Of a DNA stretch of 64,000 bases, positions 23,697-37,335 are shown in pieces. This DNA is from Octopus bimaculoides. Its lineage: Eukaryota. The translations under genes and the position numbers were made by a program. The notes under the pieces were generated by a model. The model was not told the DNA's origin and ran no database searches. It was given only the letters and a program-made list of their open reading frames with translations. The stretch spans positions 124,701,772 through 124,765,771 of the forward strand of contig NC_068981.1 in assembly GCF_001194135.2 (NCBI RefSeq), in the 5' to 3' direction. Positions within the stretch are counted from its first letter, which is position 1; each line of letters starts with the position of its first letter.

Positions 23697-26600
23697 TTAA
23701 AGGATTTAAAAGATTTTAAAAGATTCTAAGAAATCCTTATATTTAGTATATCAATTTATCCTAACTTAGTAGTTGATAAGGGTTACACATAGTGGTGTAT
23801 GATGGTTGGTGTATTGGGTGTGCTGTCACACCCAATGCCACCAAATTTCAAGCAGGGATATAACAAAACTTTTCCATTAGATTTGTGATTAAATTAATGA
23901 GAAATGTTAATATTTATAATGAATTTGCCATTTTCAAATGGCAGAATATATACCAGGGGTATATATTCTAGCAGACCCAGAATATATACCCCTGGCTACA
24001 CATACATAAAACATATTTCATTTCATTTCATTTCAGAATTTGCTGTGCTGCAGATACAATTACCTTTTACTTTAAAGTTTAATACGCCGAAATGATGAAA
24101 TAGAAAGTGAAAAGGATAAGGTTAAAAGAAACAATGTCAACAAATATCAATTATAATGATTCATGTATAAGCTGTGACAAGTTTAACAATTTTTTCTAGT
24201 ACATTCATTTAAAAAGATACAGTGAATAAATGCTTAAATATTAAACTATTGCTATCAACATATACTCATCAACAGACATTTTAATTCTTCCAATTCTACA
24301 ACTTCCAGAGACCACCATTCTTCCTGTACTTACAGTTTGGCTTAGGCACTAGTTTACCAATAAACAGGTAGAAGAGAACGATGTCTTCCAAAAGCAGCAA
24401 AGTTTTTTCTTCGTCATACAGTGAACCTCAATGATGGCTTTAGCAAACAAATGGTAAAAAGCAGTTTTCAAGACAACCATGATTTTAAAATTCTTTTTTG
24501 AAAGACTCAAAAAAAAAAAACAACTCTAAAAACATTTTTGCAGCATAACTATTGTTAGTTTTCGCTTCAAACGACAATCATCAAATTTATTAAAAATTAG
24601 CAAATTTAGACAATGCAGTCAATAAAGTAAGACCTTAAAACAGAAGTGCTTTTAGCATCGTTTAGACTAGCCCCATCAATATCAAGTGCTGCATTCTTCT
24701 TACTTCTAAGCCTGTGCAAGAGGGATTTATGTCAAAGTGGAAAACACTAGCATGGAATGTCTTAACAAAGGAGATGGTCACTGCAGGCCAAGTAAAAGAC
24801 AGCTTCAATATTAAAAAGAGTGAATTTTTTACATTAACCCCAAACTATCTTCCATCCCAGAGAATTCAGTCTGTTAGTTGTTAGCACTTGCATGTATATC
24901 TGGAAATTGCATCTCTCATCAACCATTTCATTAGCTGATAATATAATAACTACGTTACAGACATTAAAGAAAAACACCCATGTTAGATCAAGTATATGTC
25001 AATATAACTGCCACATTTTCATTAACTTTTTAATGCTCCCAGCATTAGATAAATTAACAGTGACTTCACTAATAGTTTATTCCTTTTTTTATTTTCAAAT
25101 AAAGGTTCACAGCTAATTTAAGATTAATGTAGAAAACAAGAAATCAGGAACTACAAGCTTTCTCCAAACATAGTTAAATGAAATTTGGGTCACAAAACTT
25201 GGTCTGTGAAAATATTGTGGCTACATGTTAGTGACAACTATGTAAGTTAATAATCAATAATTATTCTAAGTATCAGCTAAAGTTTCCTGTCACTAGAGAA
25301 CAAAATAATGATTGTCTTGAAAACAAATACTTCATTCAAGAAATAATTTTAAAAAAAATATAAAACTGACATTCCTGTGTGTGCATGAGGGTGTGTGAAT
25401 AAACTGCTTCAACAAAATAGCCCAGCCTTGAGAGTCACCTCAAGTTCCACAGTTGCTATAATAATATGAACTGGTTAAGACAGTGGATTTCTAGCAACAA
25501 GTAACCAGAGGAAAAGAAGAAGTATAATTAAGAAACATAAACAATAATATTTAAAAACAAAACAAAACAAAACAAAACTACAACAGAACAATTGCATAAA
25601 CAGTGTGTAATAAGGCATATATATATATAAGCAGCAAACGTTTAGCAATTGTTGTTTGATGTATTGCTTGGCAGCGCAGTGGGAGGTTTTTCAGCCAGCA
25701 GCGATGCTTGCAATAAGGTGATTAACAATGATAATGATAGAAGCAAACTGAAATAGTGATAATTAAAAAGGGTTTCAAAATGGGATGAAGGGTATAGCAA
25801 AAGAAATAGATATGAATGGGAATAGACATAGTGAGGAGAGGCAGGATAACATTTTTTTGTTTACATTAAAAAAATAAAATTATGCATAAGCAGATATTCT
25901 TAACGAGGGATATGATATAATAAGGAGGTGAGAAATATTAAGAAATAAAAAATTAAACTTATATAATTATCTGTGGCCTGGTGAACTACCTATGCATATT
26001 CATTAAATCTAAGGTTTTTTAAAGATGAAACAAAGAAATAAGTTAAAGTAAAAAAAAATATAAAGATACTCAAAGCCCTACTAATTACTTATAAAATACC
26101 AAATTACTTTTCAGTGCAGTTGTTAACTTCTTTCAGAGAATATCTTCATTATCAGAAATGAGTAAAAAAAACTTTACATATGAGTTTTAAATAACATCAC
26201 AAAGACATTAAAAATTAAATTCTCAACAAGCTGAAACAAATCCATATATTCTTTTTCACCCTGCCTTTAAATCCCAAACCAATTTTATTGGTAGACTTCA
26301 TATACTACTAACTAATATAGATTGATGGCTGATTACAGTACACTACTATGTCGTAACCTGTTGGGTGACTAACTACAGCATCTTTGTTGAATGTTCTCAA
26401 TTAGCTATTTCAATAATACTTGTTCTAAATTTGAATTCTGTTGGTTAGCTTTTACTTTTTTTATTATCAGTTTTTAACCTTTTGGCTAAATTAAAAGTAA
26501 CCTTAAGAAAATATATGCAGTGGTGAGAATTTTACCTGACTGAATAAATTCCCTAAAATGAAGGATGGGAGGGGAAAAAACTTTTTAAAAAAATCCATTT

Positions 26601-27990
26601 AAAATAGAATTTTAACAACAATTAAAAGAGAAAATATTTTTATGAAAAATTATATGCAAATGTAGACAAGCTTGGCTGGAGCTCATGTTTCAACAAATTA
26701 ACAAAGGAAATGACAGAAAATGACCATTTCATAAGTGAAAGAAAATAAAAAGCTTTGCCCACTCTCTTTCTCTCACTTCTTTTATGTCTTGATTTCCCAT
26801 TGGTTTTAGACAACAAATAATAAATATTAAATTTCCATATAACTTTTTTAGAATCACTTTCCACTACTACCCATTCCTCTGGAAATATCAATTACAGACA
26901 AAATTGAATTTTAGACATTTCCAAAATTTTAAAGCACTAAAAAACAATTCCTTTCAAATGATTAACCCACCATAAAAGATATTTTGTGATCATGTTGTAC
27001 ACTAAAGTTCATGGTTGTCCTGTTAAGCTATAACAATTCTGAAATAAAAGACATCATTTTTTTTTTCTCTTTTTAATATTTGGAAATATCCTCCTACTTT
27101 CTTTTTCTTCTTTGAAATGCTTTTGTTCTGTTTTGTTCTTAATTAGGGTTTTTCTAAAGCAATAAAAAAATTTATCAAAAATCAAATTAGGAACTGTTTT
27201 GGGTATTTTGAATAATATATGATTGGTACCAATAAATTTCGAGTATTCTTGGAATATTAACAATTGATATTTCAGACTTGGATTCCCATTTTAAAAATAC
27301 TTAGAGCTTTTTTTTTATCTTTCTTTTTTTATTAAGACTATATTCAGAGTTTCAGTTTTTTTTCTTTCTTCTTTCTTGTTATGTACATGTATTATTTGAA
27401 ATACTTTTATCAAATTCTAATGCAAGTAGTGACTTTTACAAACTGAAACAAATTACTTTCATGTTTTAAAGTATATATTCAAACATAATGGACTGCAGAA
27501 AAACCAAAATGATCAGAGGTTACAGAAGCGAACAATGACCCTGTGTTTTACCCATGAAACAATATCAAATGCCTGATTTCCTTTGTGTCAAATACTAGGT
27601 ATGGCTTTCAATGTAGCTTTAACTTAAATTATTTCCACTTTTAGAACAAAAACTTGTTAATCATTAAGACTAACAGAAGTTTTACAATTATATAACAATA
27701 AGAGACCATAACATTTAATCCTTTCACCAATGATAAATGTATCTTAAAATCTTCCAATCATTTTTACATTATTCTTCTTTTGTCTTTTTCTTGGTTATGC
27801 TGCCATGCTGGGGCATTGCTTTCAACAGTTTAGTCAATCATATCAAGCCCAGTACTCAACTGGTACTTATTTTTTTAACATCAAAGAGATGAAAAGCAAA
27901 GCCAACCTGGATGGGAGGAATTCAAATACTACCAGGTATTCTGCCTGGCATTATAAATTTTGCCAACCCTACTGATTTATTTTTCATTCA

Positions 27991-28021
<31 letters not shown>

Positions 28022-28921
28022 CTGAAATCATATCCTTTAAGTTTCATTAAATAGATATTTATTCAAAGTTCAGAATAAATTTATGTTACTTCATATTTAG
28101 AATATAACTATCATATTGTGAATTTAAATCAAATAAAAACTGCTAATTTTTTTTAAATACTTCAAACCAGTACAATCCAACAATCTCTTTTCCAAATCCA
28201 ACAGCTGATCAAACATAAAATTTTTGAATAAATGTCTCGATTTATAAACTTCCCTGTTCAAGGTATCTCCAGTTTGTAAGAATGGAAGATATACACTTGA
28301 ATCAATTCTTTATCTACACAAAGGGTAAAAAGTTCAATAGGATAAAAGACTGAAAAAAGTGATTACTACCATAGAAATAGTTTCAAATGACAAAGTTTTT
28401 GAAAGCTACAACACCTAATATGAAAACCACTATCTGTCATATTCCACAAGACAAAATCAAAGCAGAGTAATAGAAAAGTCTAAATATATAAATGTACTAA
28501 TGAGAGAAACAATGGTTAACTTTCAAAACACAAATACGCTGCCATGACACTGGTAAATTAAGAATAAGAAAACAATTTAACTATAAATGATATATGTAAA
28601 CTAATTTGCTTAATGAGAGTAACTTATATAATTTAAATAATGCACAAATAATAAACAAGACCTTATAAAAAATAAACTTCAATAAAATCTACAACAGATT
28701 AGTAATGTGGGACAGCAAAAGAAATAATAATGAGAACATATTAAATTAAGAGTTTTTGAAGAATTAGTATTATGTAAATTAAAGAAAATAGGGAGACTTG
28801 GTGGGGTTAGTATTAGTACAGGGGGGGAAATGGAAGCTACCTTATAAGTATAGAGCTAACACATATATGTATGTATGTATGTTTGTATGTATGTGTGTGT
28901 CTATACATGTGTGTGTGTGTG

Positions 28922-28953
<32 letters not shown>

Positions 28954-28987
28954 GATAGATAGATAAATAGATAGAGATAGATAGAGA

Positions 28988-29045
<58 letters not shown>

Positions 29046-29749
29046 TCATGCTTGTGTGTAGAAAATCAGTGTCCTGTACAGAAAGTGACATAACAATACA
29101 GATAGAACTTTAAATCTCAATAACAATAATAACAAAGATCTAGAAATGTTTCCTTAAAAATTTCTAATAGTCCTGATATTCTGAGTTAAAAACTCATTTT
29201 CAAAGACTTTAAAGAACCCTAATCCTAAAGAACAAGAGAGAGTTACAAATTGCAACAAATGTTACACTGGCAGTACAATTTGGCTTTTACAAATCTGAAT
29301 CAAATCACATCTTCAGATATGTGCTCTATACTTTTAAAATAATTGAATAAGTTCTTCCAAATGGTACCATTTAAAGGAATAGGTTATAACTATGCCACTG
29401 ATAAAAAAAAAAAATACATTAAGCACTGCAATTCCTAATTTAATTCCTGACTAAATCCCAATGGAACAAAATCCATAACCCCAGATTCTAATCACCTCCA
29501 TATGTGTGGCAATTCTAATGCAACACACAATTCATTGAAATGCTTACATAATCTATAACTCTCTCAGGATTTCTTGAAAGCTTTTGTAATGAAATTTTTA
29601 ATTGGAACTATTAGAACTAATTAAACATTTTAAAGGTAACATTTCAATAACTTCTTCATTGTTATTTTTTTATATATTTAATGGTCCATCTGCAATACTA
29701 TCACCATCAATAGCACACTGTTTTTCAGTATATTCCATAATGCCTCGAA

Positions 29750-29927
29750 TAGAATACTCATGTGTGTGTGTGTGTGTGCGTGCGCATCTACATATCCATA
29801 TAAGTATACAAATACAGATATATATATATATATATATACTCAAACCCATACAAATATATACGTATATATACACATGCATGCACAAGCATAGACTTACACA
29901 ATACACACACATATAGATTTACACAAT

Positions 29928-29988
<61 letters not shown>

Positions 29989-30326
29989 ATCACTAGCAGC
30001 AAGCAAATATCAGCCATACAGGCAAATAAAATATGTATGTTTTATATATACACACACACACACACACACACTGCATGTGTTTACATTCACATACAGAAAT
30101 ATATACACGCATACACACATACATAGATGCATGCATGTATGCACATACACAACTATATACTAACAAATATACATACACATATACAAATGTAAATATATGT
30201 GTGTATACACACACACATATCTACACACTCAAACACACTTACATGTCTACATATCTATACACACATAAATACATAAACATGCATGCACATATGTATATTC
30301 ACATATCCATACAAATACATACATGC

Positions 30327-30381
<55 letters not shown>

Positions 30382-30448
30382 GACACACACACATTTAAAT
30401 ATGTACAAATATATGCACACACACAAGTTTAAATACACCCACACACAC

Positions 30449-30523
<75 letters not shown>

Positions 30524-30525
30524 CG
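29750..30525. repeat. Compound microsatellite field of (TA)n, (CA)n, (TG)n and (TATG)n
   Basis: Read directly. Similar fields at about 700-840, 1730-1885, 18895-19035, 28860-29045, 34420-34653, 37900-38000, 40658-40890, 42430-42630, 58400-58630 and 63170-63240. Confidence 0.95.
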
Positions 30526-30620
30526 TGTATAGAATATTTTGCTTATATCATCACCAATTGTTTGAAGTGTAGTTTTGTTTTGTTTTGTTTACTTAAGTTA
30601 CTTTGTACCTATGTTCTCAC

Positions 30621-31334
30621 CTGCGATGAAGTTTCCCCGGCTGGTAATCCAGAGTGGGGTAACTGTTTAACTGCAGAGGAAGGAGTGCTTTGACTGGTTG
30701 CATTAGCCGCAACACTGTCATCTGAGGAGATGCCAGTGGTAGCAGCGCCAGTAGTATGAGACGTAGCAGTAACAGTAGTATTAGTAGTAGTCAGAGCGCC
30801 AGCATTTTTATCTAGATTTTGGTTGCCTGCTGCCATATCAGTCACAGTTGTCAGCAAAGAAGAGTGCTCATTGGGGAGTTGACCTGTAGAAGGGATAGCT
30901 GATGAAGCTTGGGGCAATGATGATGTCGCTGGTGACGGCGATACAGCTGCTTCCTGATCCTTTGAATTTTCAGGTGCGCTATTAGTTGACATCGGTGATT
31001 CCGTTGATGGCATTGGTGTTGTTGATGCAGCTGAAGAAGCAGCACTTAGCTGTTTACTGGTTGTGGCAGTGTCAGCCTGTGGCGGCACAGTACCTGAAGA
31101 TGGTGCAGGAACTTTAGCATCTTCCATCAATGGTTGCGGAGACTGCTGTGACCGGGGCATGGTCTGTGGGGTGTCAGAACTGGTAGTTTCGCTTGGACTA
31201 GTGTTATTGGGCACCTGAGTGTCATTGGTGTTAGATGTCACTGCAGGGGAAGCTGATGAAGAAGCAGATGTTGTTGTGGTTCGTGCAGGATCAGAGGCCT
31301 CTGACGTTGAGGGCTGCGATGCATCCCCTTCTTT
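30621..31334 (-). CDS. OXSR1: Large symmetric exon encoding a 238-aa Ser/Thr/Pro/Ala-rich linker (KEGDASQPST...GETSSQ)
   Basis: The only long, stop-free, GC-elevated, non-repeat ORF in the window. Acceptor ttataatacag, donor gtgaga, 714 nt, phase 0 to 0, compatible with both neighbouring exons. Assigned to the kinase by position and phase, not by homology. Confidence 0.85.
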
Positions 31335-31499
31335 CTGTATTATAATGTAAGAGGACTTATGACACACACACAAAAAAAAATTCCTTTGCTATACAACATT
31401 AACAACAAAACATTTCTTAACAATTTTTAAAAATTATCTGTTAGCAATGACAAAATAAAATCTATGATATGGGATGAATTTTTGTGTTCCCCTTCAAGA

Positions 31500-31543
<44 letters not shown>

Positions 31544-32521
31544 CAACAACATTGATAACAATAAAAAAAATATGAAGCAAAATAAAACAATGTCAAAGAA
31601 AACAAAACAACTGAAAGAGCATTAAAGAAAAACAATGCACAACAACTAAGTATATTTGAAATATTTAAAAAAAAAAGCAAATAGAGAAACAATATTAATA
31701 AATATGAAAGAGAGAGAGACAGACAGACAGACAAAGAAGAAAAGAGCTAGCGAGAAGTATTGCTATCAACTCCTTAAGAGTGGATGACTTCTACAGAGAA
31801 TGAAAGAAATCATTTGTCTATGGATTAGTGATCACCTCATATTCATGCTGAAGATTAATTATAATATAACATTCAGTGACAGAAAGCAAATGGAAACAGA
31901 TTGAACAATCTCACAAGACAATTCCACTTTCAACCCTCAGTAGCTGCAAAACTATAAATTAAGTATAACAGCAGTAATACAGTGCTACAAATTGGGAGTG
32001 ATTACAGGTGCAGAGAACCAGAGAAAATATCATTAAATAGTTAATGATTTAAGATTACTTAAGAGAGATTTGAAAGAAGAGCATCAAAGTTGAATTTATC
32101 AAAGGAAAGACATTCATGGAAAGTAGATAAGAGATGTTAAATGCAAACATGTGTGAGGATAGGAGAAATAAAATATGAAAAACATTGCTGGAGCAAATAA
32201 ATGAAAAAGGACATCCAGCTTGAATGTAGACAACTACACCATTATTATTATTATTATCATGAATAGTTTATTTTTAGCAGCCAAAGTTGTTTATCATAAT
32301 CACAGGTAATGTTATTAAAAGCAGTATGGTTATCAAATTAACTGTTCTGCCATATGTTCAGGATTAATGTTGTGTCATCTGGTTAATGTTATCAATTGAT
32401 TATTAATATTATCTAAATGGATCAGTCTCAAAACTATTGTAATATGTGGCTACCAATGGTTTATTTCACGATATCTTTGAAGATATAAAACATTAGATAT
32501 ATGCAAATGTCTGCATGTGTG

Positions 32522-32587
<66 letters not shown>

Positions 32588-32736
32588 TGAATATATATGT
32601 ATATATTATTTATATAATAAACGCAAACATGCTCAAGCATTAAGAATATACCCAAAGACACAAAATTTTTTAATATATACATATATTCATCACACATATA
32701 CAACCACACAATTACGAATTTTATATGTATATATGT

Positions 32737-34362
32737 ATATTGTATTTTAGGATGGTCATTTCTTTTTTTGCCAAATAAACACACACACTATATATTCGTT
32801 CTTCACTCATTTATTACCGCTCTTTCATCACACATCTGTGACCTCCTCAACGATACTTTCTGTCTTCATGTGTGCTCTTGCTCTGCTTATTCCATTACGC
32901 TCTTCTATGATGTGTATCCTTATATGCGCATGCATCTGTGTGTCATTGTTCTTATTAACACTATGACCCTCCCATCAGCCCTGTCCCCTACCCCGTTGCC
33001 GCTGCCCTTAAACCAGACTTATTGTACCATTCTTGTAACTCACTGTGTCTGTGTGATCACCCATGCTGCTGCCATCTTGTTAGTTGCGTTGTTGATATTG
33101 TTGAAACCATCTGCGAAGTTACCATATGTGTGTTTGTGCGTAAATATGGGTTTGCTTCCCATGCTTTTTGTATCTGTGCCCTATATACATTTTTTTTTTA
33201 ATGTCTCTAATTTATTTTTTTATATATTTATCATAGGTATCCTTTTATTCGTTTCAGTCATTTGACTGCGGCCATGCTGGAGCACCACCTTTACTTGAAC
33301 AAATCGACCCCAGAACTTATTCTTTGTAAACCTAGTACTTATTCTATCAGTCTCTTTTGTCAAACCGCTAAGTTACAGGGATGTAAACACACCAACATTG
33401 GTTGTCAAGCAATGGTGGGGGTACACATACAGACACACAAACATATACATATATCACCAGTATCCAAAATCACCAGTTCTGCTTACCAAAAGTGGCCCAC
33501 TTGGCACCATGCATTCGTCGCAATAACACAACTTGCACGGCCGCCTCCAATTGGGAGAGGAGCGCCCTGTTTCTGAGCCTCTACGTTCTACAGAACATAG
33601 AGGCCCAGTCAATAGCAGAGAGGTCAAAGTATTATCAACGCATAGAACTGACATGATACTTAGACAGATCACAGAGGATACACACACAGCAATAGACAGG
33701 CTGAGCCTAAACAGAAACCATGAATGGGACAATAACACCCACCACCACACCACACAAGAGGAGACTAAAGACTGAAGGGAGAAAAAAAAAAGATACAAAC
33801 AGCATAATATTCACACAAAAGACATATATGCACATACCTATAATGAATATTAAAAAAATTACAGACAAAAAAACTGTATAAAGGGCATGGATATGAACAA
33901 CATAGGAAGCGAACCCATATACACACACCACCACAACAATGGCAATAACAACAACTACCATGATGGCAGCAGCGTGGGTGAACACACAAACACAGTGAGT
34001 TACAAGAATGGTACAAAAGGTCGGGTTTGAGGGCAGCAGTAGCAGCAGCAAAGGGGTCGGAGGTCATAGTGTTACAAAGAACAATGACACATACACACGT
34101 ACACACACACACACACACACACAAACATGTGCATATAAGGATACACATCACAGAAGAACAGAATGGAATAAGAAGAGCAAGAGCACACACAAAAACGGAA
34201 AGTGTCGCTGAGGAGGTCACAGATGCGTGCGAAAGATTTCCGGACAATGGACATGAGTTAGAATAAGAATAATAAATGAGTGAAGAACGAACTTATAGTG
34301 TGTGTGTTTATTTGACAAAAACAAAACAAAAAAATAATAATGACCATCCTGAGATACAATAT
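32737..34362 (+). mobile_element. Penelope-like retroelement 3' remnant with an inverted pseudo-LTR
   Basis: 33455-33775 translates to ...LHGRLQ...VKVLSTHRTDMILRQITEDTHTAIDRLSLNRNHEWDN, which resembles the C-terminus of a PLE GIY-YIG endonuclease. 33834-34362 is mirrored by an inverted copy at 32737-33240, and both arms carry a hammerhead-like motif. Confidence 0.7.
34203..34246 (+). ncRNA. Degenerate hammerhead-like motif in a PLE pseudo-LTR
   Basis: tgtcg CTGAGGA g gtcacagatgcgtgc GAAA gatttc cggaca. The inverted copy at about 32823-32856 reads TTGAGGA g GTCACA gatg TGTGAT GAAA, with an intact stem II. Confidence 0.5.
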
Positions 34363-34435
34363 CTGTTACAACACATGACTTCACATCAGAAATCTTGCAA
34401 CATAAATTCATGAACGTACATACATACATATATAT

Positions 34436-34466
<31 letters not shown>

Positions 34467-34468
34467 CA

Positions 34469-34502
<34 letters not shown>

Positions 34503-34653
34503 CATACATACATACATACATATATATACATACATACATATATATACATACATACATATATATACATACATACATATATATACATACATACATATATATA
34601 CATACATACATATATATACATACATACATACATACATACATATACATACATAC

Positions 34654-35595
34654 NNNNNNNNNNNNNNNNNNNNNNNNNNNNNNNNNNNNNNNNNNNNNNN
34701 NNNNNNNNNNNNNNNNNNNNNNNNNNNNNNNNNNNNNNNNNNNNNNNNNNNNNNNNNNNNNNNNNNNNNNNNNNNNNNNNNNNNNNNNNNNNNNNNNNNN
34801 NNNNNNNNNNNNNNNNNNNNNNNNNNNNNNNNNNNNNNNNNNNNNNNNNNNNNNNNNNNNNNNNNNNNNNNNNNNNNNNNNNNNNNNNNNNNNNNNNNNN
34901 NNNNNNNNNNNNNNNNNNNNNNNNNNNNNNNNNNNNNNNNNNNNNNNNNNNNNNNNNNNNNNNNNNNNNNNNNNNNNNNNNNNNNNNNNNNNNNNNNNNN
35001 NNNNNNNNNNNNNNNNNNNNNNNNNNNNNNNNNNNNNNNNNNNNNNNNNNNNNNNNNNNNNNNNNNNNNNNNNNNNNNNNNNNNNNNNNNNNNNNNNNNN
35101 NNNNNNNNNNNNNNNNNNNNNNNNNNNNNNNNNNNNNNNNNNNNNNNNNNNNNNNNNNNNNNNNNNNNNNNNNNNNNNNNNNNNNNNNNNNNNNNNNNNN
35201 NNNNNNNNNNNNNNNNNNNNNNNNNNNNNNNNNNNNNNNNNNNNNNNNNNNNNNNNNNNNNNNNNNNNNNNNNNNNNNNNNNNNNNNNNNNNNNNNNNNN
35301 NNNNNNNNNNNNNNNNNNNNNNNNNNNNNNNNNNNNNNNNNNNNNNNNNNNNNNNNNNNNNNNNNNNNNNNNNNNNNNNNNNNNNNNNNNNNNNNNNNNN
35401 NNNNNNNNNNNNNNNNNNNNNNNNNNNNNNNNNNNNNNNNNNNNNNNNNNNNNNNNNNNNNNNNNNNNNNNNNNNNNNNNNNNNNNNNNNNNNNNNNNNN
35501 NNNNNNNNNNNNNNNNNNNNNNNNNNNNNNNNNNNNNNNNNNNNNNNNNNNNNNNNNNNNNNNNNNNNNNNNNNNNNNNNNNNNNNNNNNNNNNN
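34654..35595. other. Assembly gap (N run)
   Basis: Other gaps at 9605-9895, 42813-43095, 44518-44617, 46803-47458, 53158-53387, 58578-58587 and 60948-61304. Most abut microsatellites. Small exons could be hidden inside them. Confidence 0.99.
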
Positions 35596-35645
<50 letters not shown>

Positions 35646-36014
35646 TACATACAATAAGTATATAAATATATATATACACATAAATTTATAAATATACACA
35701 CATACACTTTAATACTATCTACATATAAACATAATCATAGATACATGCTATATACAAAATTTATTACTGGTATCCTCATTTCTGTAAGTCACTGTTTACC
35801 AGATTGCCTTCAGTTTGGTTTTATATAAAAAACAAATGTGTGAACTTAAATGACAGTCAACTCCCCCTTTTTTGTTATAGTAAACTAATCTTGCTAAGTT
35901 ATTCACATTTATATATACCATTCTTCAAATGTTTGTTTAATCTATAAGGAGAAACCAATAACATCTACTGATTTCGAAACACATGAACAATCATTACATA
36001 CTTTGTATTTATTG

Positions 36015-36401
36015 GTTGTTGTTGCTGGCACTCCGTCGCTTACGACATTGAGGGTTCCAGCTGATCCGATCAACGGAACAGCCTGCTCGTGAAATTGACG
36101 TGCAAGTGGCTGAGCACTCCACAGACACATGTACCCTTAACGTAGTTCTCGGGGATATTCAGCCTGACAGTGTGACGAGGTTGACCCTTTAAATTACAGG
36201 CACAACAGAAACAGGAAGAAAGAGTGAGTGAAAGTTGTGGCGAAAGAGTACAGAAGGGTTCGCCACCATACCTTGCTGGAGCCTTGTGGAACTTTAGGTG
36301 TTTTCGCTCAATAAACACACACAACGCCCGGTCTGGGAATCAAAACCACGATCCTATGACCGCGAGTCCGCTGCCCTAACCACTAGGCCATTGCGCCTCC
36401 A
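36015..36401 (-). mobile_element. tRNA-derived SINE, family A (full length)
   Basis: High-identity reverse complement of 2868-3245. Confidence 0.88.
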
Positions 36402-36510
36402 CCTTTGTATTAGTATGTGTGCACATATGAAGATGGAAAAAACAATCAAGCCAAGATGTTTGTCTTGATGAATAGCAACCAACTTGTCACTGTGACATAA
36501 TATATATGTA

Positions 36511-37305
36511 CAGAGTGCAGTGAATATATTGTCATCTAAATGACGCAAAAATGAAAATATCACTGACAACAGATATGTTTACCAAAATTACATAAAAATA
36601 TCTTGAAATACTAAAGAGTAAATTCATTCAATAAAATTGCCATTGGCATCAACCACAGTTTGCAGATGACTTCAAAATCTCCAGCAGCACTTCTGGATGA
36701 TTTCCTTGTTTAAGTTGGTGAATGTTGCCATAATCCTTGCCTTCAGTTCATCTTTGGGAGCTTTGTTGGTCTCTCACTCAACTGTGCCCCACAGATAATA
36801 ATCAAGGGGGTTTCAGTCTGGAGAGTTAGGTGGCCAGATGGTAGGGGTGATGTGATTATGGAAATTGTTTGACAGCCATGACAGGGCTCTCCTGCTTGTG
36901 TGGCATGGTGCAGAGTTCCAGCAACCACCCTCTTGACCCAGGGCAGCACTACCTCCTCCAGGCACTTGATGTAGGCCTCCGTACTGAGTCTGAGGTCGTG
37001 AAAGAAGATGAATAAAGGCATAACGTCGCCATCACTAGTGATCACTCCAAACACCATGATGTTGACTGGATGTTTGATTCTGATCACTCTCAGTACATGT
37101 ACTCAGATTGACATTCAAACACTCTGAAATGCTCATAATGGAGCTTCCAGCATGAATGCCAAGCAGTACAGCATGTCGTTTCCAAAATTCCTGGCAGAGA
37201 GAATTGCGTTGTGGTACTATTTTTCTCAGACGGTGCCCAACTGACACTACTATACTGCAGGAAATTAAAATTATACAATGGCTACAATTTACCCATTGCA
37301 CCCTG
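36511..37305 (-). mobile_element. Internally deleted maT/DD37D-like (Bmmar1-type) element
   Basis: KHPVNIMVFGVITSDGDVM, WPPNSPD*NPLDYYLWG, VVDANGNFIE*. TA-flanked TIRs cagagtgcagtgaatatattgt / acaatttacccattgcaccctg. Confidence 0.8.
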
Positions 37306-37335
37306 TATAAACAAACACACACATTTAGAAAATGA

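Noticed and set aside
24329-24435. Minus-strand segment with a GTAAGT donor reading SLYDEEKTLLLLEDIVLFYLFIGKLVPKPN
   Set aside because: The open frame needs a weak acceptor and phase 1-1, while the host intron is phase 0. From the better acceptor all three frames hit stops. No family similarity.
25638-25760. GC-richer patch after a long pyrimidine tract reading ASLLAEKPPTALPSNTSNNNC*
   Set aside because: That frame is incompatible with the phase-0 donor of the linker exon, and there is no credible donor. Kept only as a site to glance at in RNA-seq.
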